From contig CAWAIF010000003.1 in NCBI GenBank assembly GCA_963782055.1, positions 5,376,001 through 5,440,000 of the forward strand: a DNA stretch of 64,000 nt. Reading direction: 5' to 3'. Source of the stretch: an uncultured delta proteobacterium (GTDB lineage Bacteria > Myxococcota_A > Polyangia > Polyangiales > Polyangiaceae). The position numbers and the translations under genes are program-made. Positions within the stretch are counted from its first letter, which is position 1. Each line of letters starts with the position of its first letter. The notes beneath the pieces were generated by a model. The model saw only the letters and a program-made list of their open reading frames with translations. It was not told the origin of the DNA and did no database searches. Positions 19,280-29,174 of this stretch are shown piece by piece.

Positions 19280-20239
19280 TCACGCCTCCCGGGGGACGAC
19301 GGCGAGCTGCTTGCGCGACGCGCCGCGCACCACCTCCACGTCCAGCCTCTCCGTCGGCGGCCACTGCGCGAGGAGGCGGAGCAGCGCCTCGATGCCGGGC
19401 ACGCGCTTGCCCCCGGCGACGATGACGACGTCCCCCGCCTGCAGGCCGGCGCGCGCCGCGGGGCTGCCCTCCTCCACGCTCACCACCTCCACCCCCGACG
19501 CACCCTCCACGCCGAGAGCCCGCACCACCCGCGTCTCCAGCGGACGGCTCTGCCCCTGCACGCCGAGGTACGCGCGCCGCACGCGGCCGTCGGCCAGGAG
19601 CTTGGGGACGACCCAGTTCACCGTGTCGGCCGGGACGGCGAAGCTCATGCCCTGGGCGTACGGGATGATGGCGGTGTTGATGCCGACGAGGCGGCCGCGG
19701 AAGTCGACGAGCGGACCGCCGGAGTTGCCAGGGTTGAGCGGCGCGGTGTGCTGCAGCAGGTTGTCCACCGGCCGCCCGCGCGCGCCGCGCAGGGAGCGGC
19801 CCGTCGCGCTGACGACGCCCGTCGATACAGTGGACTGGAAGCCGAGCGGGTTGCCGATGGCGACGACGAGCTGACCGGGCCGCAGGGCGCGTGGCTCTCC
19901 GACGCGCACGTGCGGGAGGGCGGACGCCGTCACGCGAACGACGGCGAGGTCCGTCGGTGCGTCGGCGCCGACGACGCGTGCATCATGCACACGTCCGTCC
20001 ACCAGCACGACCTGGATGCGCGACGCGCCGTCTACGACGTGCGCGTTGGTGAGCACGTAGCCATCCGGCGCGATGACGACGCCGGAGCCGGCGCCCTCCC
20101 CGTACCGCCGCCGGCCGACCGCGAGGCTGACGACGGAGGGGCCGACTGCATCCACTGCGTCGACGACCGCGCGGGAGTAGGCGTCCAGCGCCTCGCGCTC
20201 GATGTCGGTGGAAGAGCCCGAGGCCGACGCGTCACCCAT
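19280..20239 (-). CDS. HtrA/DegS-like serine protease with PDZ domain
   Basis: [20 protein letters not shown]-terminal PDZ; no signal peptide. Confidence 0.93.
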   Translation of the reverse strand: MGDASASGSSTDIEREALDAYSRAVVDAVDAVGPSVVSLAVGRRRYGEGAGSGVVIAPDGYVLTNAHVVDGASRIQVVLVDGRVHDARVVGADAPTDLAVVRVTASALPHVRVGEPRALRPGQLVVAIGNPLGFQSTVSTGVVSATGRSLRGARGRPVDNLLQHTAPLNPGNSGGPLVDFRGRLVGINTAIIPYAQGMSFAVPADTVNWVVPKLLADGRVRRAYLGVQGQSRPLETRVVRALGVEGASGVEVVSVEEGSPAARAGLQAGDVVIVAGGKRVPGIEALLRLLAQWPPTERLDVEVVRGASRKQLAVVPREA

Positions 20240-20314
20240 GGTCGCACGGTAAGTCGGCGATCGGCCGCGGTCACCCTAGCCGAAGGGACGAGCGACTCCC
20301 CACCCTTCCGGCCC

Positions 20315-21106
20315 TCACCGGAACTGGATGCGCCCGAACCGGCTGGCCTTGTGGAAGTTGCCCTGGTGCCGGATGGGGGACCACGCGAGCGCCTGCCGCT
20401 GCCCGTCGCGGAAGCTGTAGAGGTTGACGCGCCAGACGTCGCCCGCCTTCGGCGGGATGGGCGTGCGCCCCGGGACCAGCGCCGACCACGGGATGGCGAT
20501 CTCCACGCCGTAGAAGCCCGCGGGCGAGACCCACGCGCCGCGCTCCGCGTGACTCGACCACTCCATGTGACCGAAGCGCTTCGACTCCCCGCTGCCGGTG
20601 ATGGGCACGTTGTAGTCGTCCCAGTGGGTGTCGAAGACCGCGCCGTGCACGCCCACCTGGATCTCGTAGTAGTCGCGGTTGTCGCCGTGATCGCCGGGCT
20701 GGAGCATGATCTCCACCGCCGAGGCCTTCTCCCAGAGGTGCGGGTCGTCCTGGTCGCGGGTGAAGGGCGAGGCGGCGCTGGCGTCGCGCACCACCACCGC
20801 GACGTAGAGCTTGCTCTGGTCCCAGCCCATCTTGGCGTAGGCCGGCACCAGGCTCCGACCCGCCGGACCACCCTCGCCGGGATCGACGAAGGGGCCCAGC
20901 ACCGCCGCCGACCTCCACGCGGGATCGTCCAGCTTGCCGTCCAGCACCGGCGGCGTGGCAAAGGACCCCACCGTCGCGGGCGCGCCGCTCACCGTCGAGT
21001 CGCCGGAGGTGCCCGACGCCGGGAGCTTCGCCCAGTCCGGCTCGTCGCGGTGAGCGCAGGAGGCCGCGACGAGCAGGGCGAGCAGGGCGAGGACGGGAGC
21101 GCGCAT
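20315..21106 (-). CDS. CBM9-like (DOMON-type) lipoprotein
   Basis: Lipobox AASC; PVLDGKLDDPAW; VEIAIPW; WRVNLY. Confidence 0.75.
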   Translation of the reverse strand: MRAPVLALLALLVAASCAHRDEPDWAKLPASGTSGDSTVSGAPATVGSFATPPVLDGKLDDPAWRSAAVLGPFVDPGEGGPAGRSLVPAYAKMGWDQSKLYVAVVVRDASAASPFTRDQDDPHLWEKASAVEIMLQPGDHGDNRDYYEIQVGVHGAVFDTHWDDYNVPITGSGESKRFGHMEWSSHAERGAWVSPAGFYGVEIAIPWSALVPGRTPIPPKAGDVWRVNLYSFRDGQRQALAWSPIRHQGNFHKASRFGRIQFR

Positions 21107-21202
21107 CGCGTGGGAGCCTAGCGCCGACGCGCCGTCGCGAGAAGGGAACGCCTCCGGCCGGACCTCTTGACGCACCCCCCGAACGCCGGAATGGTGCGCG
21201 CC

Positions 21203-22228
21203 ATGGAGCTCCGGTCTCTGGGCACTTCGGGGTTGAAGGTCAGCGCGCTCTCCCTCGGGGCGATGACCTTCGGCGAGTCGGCGACGTTCATGAAGGGCGT
21301 CACCTCCACCGACGCCGAGGCGCGCCGCGTCTTCGACCGCGCCGTGGAGCGCGGCGTCAACCTGGTGGACACCGCCAACGTCTACGGTGAGGGCCGCAGC
21401 GAGGAGCTCACCGGTCAGTGGATCAAGGGCAAGCGCGACCGCGTGCTGCTCGCGACCAAGTGCCGCTTCCCCATCGGCTTCGGCGTCACTCACACGCCCG
21501 GCCCGCACGACGCGGGGCTCTCGCGCCAGCACATCCTCGCCGCGTGCGAGGCCTCCCTGCGCCGGCTCGACACCGACGTCATCGACCTCTACCAGGTGCA
21601 CATGCAGGACACCTCGGTGCGCGTGGACGAGACGCTGCGCGCGCTGGACGACCTCGTCACGCAGGGCAAGGTCCGCTACGTCGGCTGCTCCAACTACACC
21701 GGCTACCGCCTCGTCGAGTCGCTGTGGAGCGCGGAGAAGAACCGCACGCACCGCTACGAGAGCGCGCAGCTCCAGTGGAACCTGCTGGAGCGCGGCGCCG
21801 AGCGCGAGGTGATCCCCGCGTGCCGCGCCCACGGGGTGGGCGTGCTCGTGTGGTCGCCGCTCGCGAGCGGCTTCCTCAGCGGCAAGTACCGACGCGGCAA
21901 GCCCGCGCCGGAAGGCGCGCGCCTCGCCGAGTGGAAGGACACCATGGCGCGTGTGGGGGTGGACCGCGCCTACGACCTCATCGAGATCATGGACGACGTC
22001 GCGAAGCGCCACGAGACGAGCCACGCGGCGATCGCGCTGGCGTGGCTGCTCGCGCGCAAGGAGACGTCCAGCGTGATCGTCGGGGCGCGCACCGTCGCCC
22101 AGCTCGACGACAACCTGCGCGCGCTGGAGGTGAAGCTGGCGCCGGAGGACGTGGCGAAGCTGGACCTCGCCTCCGCGCCCGACTGGGCGTACCCGTACTC
22201 CTTCATCGGTCGCTCGCAGCCCTGGTGA
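21203..22228 (+). CDS. Aldo/keto reductase
   Basis: LGAMTFG, DTANVYG, ATK, IDLYQVH, WSPLASG. Confidence 0.95.
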   Translation: MELRSLGTSGLKVSALSLGAMTFGESATFMKGVTSTDAEARRVFDRAVERGVNLVDTANVYGEGRSEELTGQWIKGKRDRVLLATKCRFPIGFGVTHTPGPHDAGLSRQHILAACEASLRRLDTDVIDLYQVHMQDTSVRVDETLRALDDLVTQGKVRYVGCSNYTGYRLVESLWSAEKNRTHRYESAQLQWNLLERGAEREVIPACRAHGVGVLVWSPLASGFLSGKYRRGKPAPEGARLAEWKDTMARVGVDRAYDLIEIMDDVAKRHETSHAAIALAWLLARKETSSVIVGARTVAQLDDNLRALEVKLAPEDVAKLDLASAPDWAYPYSFIGRSQPW

Positions 22229-22247
22229 CGGGGGAGACCGGGCCCGC

Positions 22248-23507
22248 GTGAAGGCCGTGACCTTCGACATCCGCGTGGTGCGGCTCGCGCTCGCCAAGGT
22301 GCTCGGCGCCATCTCGCCGCGCGCGTACGTCTCGGGCCTCGGCCCGGTGCGCTGCGAGCGCGTGCCCGATCCGCAGCCGCACGGCGAGGACTGGGTGCTC
22401 GTGGAGCCCCGGCTCGCGGGCATCTGCGGCAGCGACGTCATGCAGGTGTTCCTGAAGGCGGCCGCGGACAACCCGCTCTCGGCGGTGGTCTCCGCGCCGC
22501 ACGTGATGGGACACGAGGTGGTGGGCACCGTCCTGGAGTCGGGCAGGCGGGTGACGCGCTTCGCGAAGGGAGACCGCGTGGCGGTGTCGCCCTGGCTCCC
22601 GTGCGCGCCGCGCGGCCTCGCCCCCTGCGACGCCTGCGAGCGCGGTGACTACCCGCTGTGCGAGCACTTCTTCGACGGCAAGATCGCCCGCGGCATGCAC
22701 CTCGGCAACTGCCGCGACGTGGGGGGCGGCTTCGCCGAGGCGATGTCGCTCCACGAGTCGATGCTCTTCCCCATCCCGGAGGGCGTCGCGTGGGACGCCG
22801 CGGTGCTCGCCGATCCCTTCGCCGTCGCGCTCCACGCGGTGCTGCGCGCGCCGCCGGAGGAGGGACAGACCGTCCTCGTCTTCGGGTGCGGCTCGCTCGG
22901 GCTGATGACCATCCACCTGCTGTCGGTGCTCTACCCCGACGTGACCGTCCTGGCGGTGGACCACAAGCCGCGGATGGCGCCGGTGGTCGAGCGGCTGGGC
23001 GGGCACGCCCTCTTCACCTCGCGCGGCGCCGCGCTCGTCGCCGAGCTGGGGGAGCGGACGAAGTCGCCGCTGCGCAAGCCCTTCTTCGGCCTGCCCTGGC
23101 TGCAGACCGGCGTCGACCGGATCTACGACACGGTGGGCGCGCCCGGCACGCTGGAGGTGGGCGTGCGCGTCGCCCGCCCGCGCGCGGCGATCGTGATGGT
23201 GGGCGTCGCCCAGCCGCGACGCTTCGAGTGGACGCCCCTCTACTTCAAGGAGATCGCCCTGTACGGCTCCAACGCCTACGGCGTGGAGACGCTGGAGGGC
23301 CGGCGCGATCACGCCATCGCCCTCTACCTCCATCTGCTCGCCGAGGAGCGGCTGCACCTCGACGGCCTGATCACCCACCGCTACCCGCTGGAGCGCTACG
23401 GCGACGCGTTCATGGCCATCCACGACAAGCGGCGCTCCGGCGCGGTGAAGGTGCTCTTCGACCCGAAGCTGAGCGCGCCCCAGGTGGAGAAGGGAGCGGG
23501 CGCGTGA
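22248..23507 (+). CDS. Zn-dependent alcohol dehydrogenase (MDR family)
   Basis: GICGSD, GHE, Cys cluster, GCGSLG. Confidence 0.9.
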   Translation: MKAVTFDIRVVRLALAKVLGAISPRAYVSGLGPVRCERVPDPQPHGEDWVLVEPRLAGICGSDVMQVFLKAAADNPLSAVVSAPHVMGHEVVGTVLESGRRVTRFAKGDRVAVSPWLPCAPRGLAPCDACERGDYPLCEHFFDGKIARGMHLGNCRDVGGGFAEAMSLHESMLFPIPEGVAWDAAVLADPFAVALHAVLRAPPEEGQTVLVFGCGSLGLMTIHLLSVLYPDVTVLAVDHKPRMAPVVERLGGHALFTSRGAALVAELGERTKSPLRKPFFGLPWLQTGVDRIYDTVGAPGTLEVGVRVARPRAAIVMVGVAQPRRFEWTPLYFKEIALYGSNAYGVETLEGRRDHAIALYLHLLAEERLHLDGLITHRYPLERYGDAFMAIHDKRRSGAVKVLFDPKLSAPQVEKGAGA

Positions 23508-24739
23508 AGGCGGTCTGCTTCGAGATGTCCTTCCCGCGGCTCGCCGCCGCCCGCGTGGCAGGCTTCTTCCACACCCGCGGCTTCGTCGCGCCCTTCGGCC
23601 CGGTGCGCCTGCGGGAGCTGCCCGACCCGCGCCCGCTCGGCGACGACTGGGTGGTGGTGCGGCCGCGCGTGACCGGCGTGTGCGGCAGCGACATCAAGGA
23701 GATCTTCCTGGACGCCGACATGGACAACCCGCTGCGCGCCCTCATCTCCTTCCCGCACGTGCTCGGGCACGAGGTGGCGGCGGAGGTGCTGGAGGTGGGG
23801 CCGGCGGTCGGCCGCGTGAAGGCCGGCGACCGCGTCGCCGTCTCGCCGTGGCTGCCGTGCGAGGTGCGCGGGCTGGCCGCGTGCGACTACTGCAAGTCGG
23901 GTGACATCTCCCTCTGCGACAACTTCACCGCCGGGGAGATCGCGCCGGGGATCCACGCGGGCAACTGCGCCGACGTGCCCGGGGGCTACGCCGAGCGGAT
24001 GATCGCCCACGAGTCCATGTGCTTCCCCGTCCCGGAAGAGGTGACCGACGAGCAGGCCGCGCTCTCCGATCCCTTCGCGGTCGCGCTGCACGCCATCCGC
24101 AAGGCGCCGCCGCGGCCGGGGGAGACGGCCCTCGTCTACGGCTGCGGCCCGCTGGGGCTGCTCACCATCCACGCCCTCTCGCGCCTCTACCCCGAGACGC
24201 GCATCCTCGCCGTCGATCTGCACGAGTACCTGCGGCCCTTCGCGGAGCAGATGGGCGCGCACGACTTCTTCGCCGCGCAGGGCGCAGAGCTCATCGAGCG
24301 CGTGGCGGAGGCGACCTCGTCGAGGGTGCGCAAGGTGCGGATGGCCCTGCCCTGGGTGTTCGGCGGCGTCGACCGCGTCTACGACACCGTGGGCGTCGCG
24401 CGGACGCTGGAGACCGCGGTGCGCCTGATCAAGCCGCTCGGCACGGTGCTGCTGGTCGGCGTGGGCACCCCGCGCCGCTACGAGTGGACGCCCATCTTCT
24501 TCCGCGAGGTGACGGTCATCGGCTCCAACGCCTACGGCATCGAGACCTTCGACGGCGAGCGCCGCCACGGCTTCGAGCACTACCTGGGCCTCTGCGCCGC
24601 CGGCCAGGTGGACCCGACGCCCATGATCACCCACCGCTTCCCGCTTGCGCGCTACCGGGACGCCTTCGTGGCGGCGCGCGCGAAGCGGTCGCAGGAGGCA
24701 GTGAAGGTGGTGTTCGACCAGCGCGACGGGCCGGCGTGA
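23504..24739 (+). CDS. Zn-dependent alcohol dehydrogenase, tandem paralog
   Basis: GVCGSD, GHE, GCGPLG; GTGA overlap with the upstream paralog. Confidence 0.9.
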   Translation: MKAVCFEMSFPRLAAARVAGFFHTRGFVAPFGPVRLRELPDPRPLGDDWVVVRPRVTGVCGSDIKEIFLDADMDNPLRALISFPHVLGHEVAAEVLEVGPAVGRVKAGDRVAVSPWLPCEVRGLAACDYCKSGDISLCDNFTAGEIAPGIHAGNCADVPGGYAERMIAHESMCFPVPEEVTDEQAALSDPFAVALHAIRKAPPRPGETALVYGCGPLGLLTIHALSRLYPETRILAVDLHEYLRPFAEQMGAHDFFAAQGAELIERVAEATSSRVRKVRMALPWVFGGVDRVYDTVGVARTLETAVRLIKPLGTVLLVGVGTPRRYEWTPIFFREVTVIGSNAYGIETFDGERRHGFEHYLGLCAAGQVDPTPMITHRFPLARYRDAFVAARAKRSQEAVKVVFDQRDGPA

Positions 24740-25107
24740 CCAGCGCTACTTTTGCTACCTTCTGCACGAGTAGAAGTACACTGGGACTTCGTATTCAGAA
24801 GTAGCATCCGGGGACTCCAGGAGGATTACCGACCTCACGCACCGGACTCCATAGTCGCTTCGTCGCATCAATCTGTACTGTCTCTGTGCGACCGTACGAC
24901 TTGGCCAGCGCAACACTGCCTTGCATATTGTGGTCTTGCACGCGACAGATTCGACATGGAACATCGCCGACTTCGCGACATCCGCCAAGCCCCGGCTAAT
25001 CCCCTCGGCAGCACCCGAAGCCCAAGACGGGTCCATGGCCTCCGCCTGAAACTGCTGCTCCAGACGCCTGGTTGATTGCTCGTAGCCGGACACGATCTGC
25101 GATTTTG

Positions 25108-26665
25108 GGCTCTTCGGCCGAATCGGGGCCGCACGGCGAGGCGACGCGTGCATAATGCAACAAACGGCTCACGCGGCCTCCTGCCCAGGCGCAGGCAGCC
25201 CGAGCGCGAGGAAGCGCAGGACGCCTTGTCGATTGCGGACGGGGTTGGCGGTGAGGAATCGCAGTTTGCGTAGAAGGTAATCATGGTTTCGATAGCCTCT
25301 GCCGCGACGGACGAGCGTCTCCCAGTTGCCGTTGAGCGCTTCGATGCGACCCGTCGGGGGGTGATGTTCGCCGAGAGCGACGATGGAGTCGTAGTGCCTG
25401 CGGAGCGAGTCGTGGAGCTTGCGCATGGGGACATTCGTTCGCTTTTCGGTGCGGTAGAGCACGTGCTGGAGCCCGGTCTCCATGGCGTCCTTGTCGGGCG
25501 CTTTGAGCACTTCGCGCAGCTCCTCGACCACCTGATAGGCGCGCGCGAGCTTGCCGTTGAACGAGAAGAGCCGACGAAGGCGAAGCTTGTCCGCCGCGCT
25601 CGTGCGATCCCAGGCGCGCAGCACGAGCCAGCGCGTACCGCGTCCGACCTCGCGCAGCTCGAGGCTCGCGCGGAAGAAGATGCTGCGACGCAGCTCGGTG
25701 ATCGCCTCGCCAGCGCGCTTCGTGACGTGAAACGGATCGTGGACGACGGGCGCGTGCGCGAGCGACGGGTCGGCGCGGATCGCGGCGGCGAACGGCGCGT
25801 GCATGTCGGTCGCGAAGAGACGGAGCGCCGCCTTTTGTTCGGGCGAAAGCGACGCAATCCACTGCGCGAGCGTGGCCTCGCCGCGCCCGTAGCCGATCCA
25901 GACGGGCTCGCCGCTCTCGAGGTCGCTGACGATGGTGACGAACTTGTCGGCGCGCTTGTGGCGACGACCAAGCCACTTCTCGTCGACGCCGACCTGAACC
26001 AGCGGCTTCGACGGCCGCGAACCCTCCCAGCGCGCGAGCGCGTCGGCCTCGGCGCGCCGCACCGTGCGCCAGCTCAGCGCGTACTTCGTCGCGACGTGCG
26101 AGAGCGGCATCGAGTAGGCGTCGAGCGCGAGGTGATGTTGAAGCCGCCTGGTCTGACGCTGCTTCGGCTCCGCCCACGGGACCTTCTCGGTCGCGTGCGC
26201 CCCGCACCGCGGACACTTCACGCGAACGGGCGTGTACTCGAGGCGCACGCGATGCCCAGCCCACGGCAGATCTTCCCACCGCCGCGTCTTGCGATGCTCG
26301 TGGGTGCGGCCCGAAACGATCGTCAAGCACTGCCCGCACCGCGGCCGCCATCGGCGCACGAGCACGAGCACGAGCACGGCGCCGGCGGGCACGTCGAAGC
26401 CCACGATCGGCTCGATGCGCTCGCCCTGCCGTGTCTCCCACCTCGTGTCCTGCACGTTGAACCCTCGAAACCCGACAATCTGTGTGAGAATCTGTCCTCG
26501 CTGACCCATCGCGGCGTCCTCCCGGTTGTTTTCACCTCCAAGAGATCGCCACGGCAATTCGGCCGCGTCGATGGGTCAGCTCTCTTTCCTACGCGAGGCC
26601 TGAAATGCCGCCCCTTTCACGCCGCCGCTTCGCCGGCACGCCAGCCCCCATTTGGCCGAAGAGCC
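25108..26665 (-). mobile_element. ISL3-family insertion sequence, 1558 bp
   Basis: IRs GGCTCTTCGGCC(G/A)AAT; 8-bp TSD CGATTTTG at 25100-25107 and 26666-26673. Confidence 0.95.
25169..26509 (-). CDS. ISL3 family transposase
   Basis: Zinc finger, GVDE, ATDM, DPFHV, EALNG, RGRGYRN. Confidence 0.95.
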   Translation of the reverse strand: MGQRGQILTQIVGFRGFNVQDTRWETRQGERIEPIVGFDVPAGAVLVLVLVRRWRPRCGQCLTIVSGRTHEHRKTRRWEDLPWAGHRVRLEYTPVRVKCPRCGAHATEKVPWAEPKQRQTRRLQHHLALDAYSMPLSHVATKYALSWRTVRRAEADALARWEGSRPSKPLVQVGVDEKWLGRRHKRADKFVTIVSDLESGEPVWIGYGRGEATLAQWIASLSPEQKAALRLFATDMHAPFAAAIRADPSLAHAPVVHDPFHVTKRAGEAITELRRSIFFRASLELREVGRGTRWLVLRAWDRTSAADKLRLRRLFSFNGKLARAYQVVEELREVLKAPDKDAMETGLQHVLYRTEKRTNVPMRKLHDSLRRHYDSIVALGEHHPPTGRIEALNGNWETLVRRGRGYRNHDYLLRKLRFLTANPVRNRQGVLRFLALGLPAPGQEAA

Positions 26666-26838
26666 CGATTTTGAAGGCGCGTCCAGCCGACGCATTGCAT
26701 CGTGAGTTGTACCGCTGTCTTGGATCGACGCAGATCCATCCGCGCGTGTGCGCTCGTGCCTTGGCACAACCTCGCCCAAGAGAAAGCCTGCGCCAAGTGC
26801 CACCGCGATGGCAATGATCAGTTGGTGGTGCCGGCGTC

Positions 26839-27417
26839 TCACTGCAGATACGATACGAATATGCCGACAACCTCCGAGGGCGTAGGAGACGTGTATACCG
26901 GCAGATACACAGCGGCAAACGGGTAGTCGTATGGATAGTTGGCGAGAAAGTTCAAGTACCCACCGGTATGTGTTAGGCCAATCTCGCCCCAGCCAAATCC
27001 AGAAGATGTCGGTTGTGTAACGCCGTAATCGTCTTCGCAATCCTCGCCGTAGCCCTGGTAGTGCTCCGCGCATATCTGCATAAAAACATGATTTCCGCCC
27101 GTCCCCTCAATTATGTCGGCATGAATCGAGTCGAGGTTGTTGATCCATGATGTCCCGTTCCAGCGAACTACTTGGAACGAACTATTGTATGGAATTGGAC
27201 AGTCCACAAAACCCCCCGAACCGTAGTTCCGCCACGCAGCGTCTTCGCCGTCATAGCCGAGGCCGTTGTTTGGGTTGTTGAGTGTGTCAGCCTGACACTC
27301 GGCCGCCGACACTCGCGACCAAGGCGCGGCACTGGCATCCTCCTCCAAGAATCCCAAAGCTCCAACGAGCGCAAGGGCGATCATGCCAGACTTCATCGCG
27401 CACCTCTTCATCTTCAT
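26839..27417 (-). CDS. Secreted hypothetical protein (AT-richer)
   Basis: Signal peptide ending ASA; four Cys; purine-rich RBS. Confidence 0.65.
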   Translation of the reverse strand: MKMKRCAMKSGMIALALVGALGFLEEDASAAPWSRVSAAECQADTLNNPNNGLGYDGEDAAWRNYGSGGFVDCPIPYNSSFQVVRWNGTSWINNLDSIHADIIEGTGGNHVFMQICAEHYQGYGEDCEDDYGVTQPTSSGFGWGEIGLTHTGGYLNFLANYPYDYPFAAVYLPVYTSPTPSEVVGIFVSYLQ

Positions 27418-27911
27418 CTCGTTCCCCTTCTTTTGTAGTCTCGCTACCGTACTCAGTTTTGTCGTACTCGTATCTGTATCGGTGTCAACTGGGGGTTGAT
27501 TCGTGTTCCCGCGACACGTACGCCGCAACTGCTCGCGCTACCACGTGCCCAGGGCATATCGCCCCAGCGCCGCCGACGCGCGACGCGCGCTGAGCACCAC
27601 AGGTCCGCCGGAAGGAGGATCTGGCCCCGCATCGCGGCTGTGCGGCGATCGCCGCCTACGCCGCCTGTAAGCTCGGCAATCCACGTCATCGTGGGATCTC
27701 AGGGTGGTCGGGCGCCGCCAGGCTTGAATGTGCGGCACACACGCGCGCAGCCTTCCGCGAGGGGGATGTTCTCGGTTCCGCGCACGCTCGAAGTGATGGT
27801 GCGCCGCAAAAAGATGGGTTTGGGTCGCCAAGATCTCGGCGTGAAAGGGCCACGCGCACCGTGCGCTCGAGCGTGACACACGCCCCGGCAGCGGGTATCC
27901 CCTGCCCCGGG

Positions 27912-29174
27912 ATGAAGGCGAGCGAGATCGCGAGGACGCGGTGGTTCGGCACTGTCGCGCTTGGCACGGCGTGCGTCGCCTGGGTCGCGGCGCTGATCGC
28001 GCCGCAGCACGACTCGCCTGGCTACGATCTGTCCGCGCTGGTGGTCGGCGCCAAGCTCGTCGCCGACGGCGACAAGGCCCAGCTCTACGCGCACCACGCG
28101 ATCTTCTACAACCTCGCCGACTCGCCGGCCTTCCTCGACGCCGCGCGCGCCCTGGGCTTCACCGGCACGGTGCCGACGGCCTTCGTTCAGGCGCCGCTCG
28201 TGGCCTTCGTCGCGCAACCTCTCACCCACGTCTCCTTCCCGGTGCTGCTGCAGGCGTGGAACGTCTTCTCCGCCGCTGCGCTCGCGTGGGGGCTTTGGCT
28301 GGCGCTCGAGGCTTATGCACCGCGGTTGCGCACGCACCCCGTGATGGCGCTCCTCATGCTCGCCATGCTCCCCTTCGAGCCGGTCCGCTACATGTTCTGG
28401 CTCGGCCAGACGACACCGATGATCTTCGCCGCAGTGCTGGGAGCGATCGTCCTGCTGCGACGCGGCCGGCCGCTCTCGGCGGGCCTGCTCATGGCGCTGC
28501 CCGCGTTCGTCAAGCTCACGCCGCTCGTCTTCGGCCTGGTGTGGCTGTGGCAGAAACGCTGGCGTGCGCTCGCCGGGCTCTCCGGAGGCGTGGCGACCCT
28601 CGCGACCGCCAGCATCGCGACGATGGGCTGGGCGTGCAACGTGACCTACGTGCACCGCGTCCGCGAGATCGGCCGCATCGTGCTGGTGGCCTACAACAAC
28701 CACTCCATCGGCGCGCTGCTCACGCGGCCGTTCGTCTCCCACGACGAACTGGACAAGTTCACCATGTTCACGCCGACGCCGGCCGTCCGCGCGGCCGTGG
28801 TCCTCTGCGCGCTGGCGCTCGTGGCGACGCCGGCCTGGCTGCTGCGCGCGCGGCGGCGCGACCCCCTCGCCGAGGCGTTCGCTCTCCTGCTCACGCTGCT
28901 GGTGCCGAGCATCTCGTGGACGCACTACTTCGTGCTCCTGGTTCCGCTCGCGCTGCTCGCCGTCCACCGCGCCACGGACCTCGCGCCACGCGCGCGCACC
29001 GCCGTGCTCGCGCTCACCGGCGCGGCCATGCTCGTGTGCATGCGGCCCTTCGCCCCGGACGAGTCCGCCTTCGCCTCCGCTCACGGGCTCCTCATCGTGG
29101 GCCCGACCCTCGCCGGGATCGTCGTGGCCGGCGTGCTAACCTTTCTCGCGGTCCGGACCCGAACCGCTTCATGA
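27912..29174 (+). CDS. GT87/DUF2029-like membrane glycosyltransferase
   Basis: Polytopic; early DL motif, LGQ, FVKLTP, NHSI, ISWTHY. Confidence 0.8.
   Translation: MKASEIARTRWFGTVALGTACVAWVAALIAPQHDSPGYDLSALVVGAKLVADGDKAQLYAHHAIFYNLADSPAFLDAARALGFTGTVPTAFVQAPLVAFVAQPLTHVSFPVLLQAWNVFSAAALAWGLWLALEAYAPRLRTHPVMALLMLAMLPFEPVRYMFWLGQTTPMIFAAVLGAIVLLRRGRPLSAGLLMALPAFVKLTPLVFGLVWLWQKRWRALAGLSGGVATLATASIATMGWACNVTYVHRVREIGRIVLVAYNNHSIGALLTRPFVSHDELDKFTMFTPTPAVRAAVVLCALALVATPAWLLRARRRDPLAEAFALLLTLLVPSISWTHYFVLLVPLALLAVHRATDLAPRARTAVLALTGAAMLVCMRPFAPDESAFASAHGLLIVGPTLAGIVVAGVLTFLAVRTRTAS

Larger units (their letters stand above)
24755..26842 (-). pseudogene. Membrane-anchored hypothetical gene interrupted by ISL3
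   Basis: Removing the IS and one TSD joins ...LDAPSKS|QIVSGYEQ... in frame; N-terminal TM; DPSWA...VESVACKTTIC. Confidence 0.8.

Noticed and set aside
26356..26378. (GCACGA)n repeat in ISL3 transposase as a phase-variation tract
   Set aside because: Short in-frame hexamer encoding Val-Leu repeats
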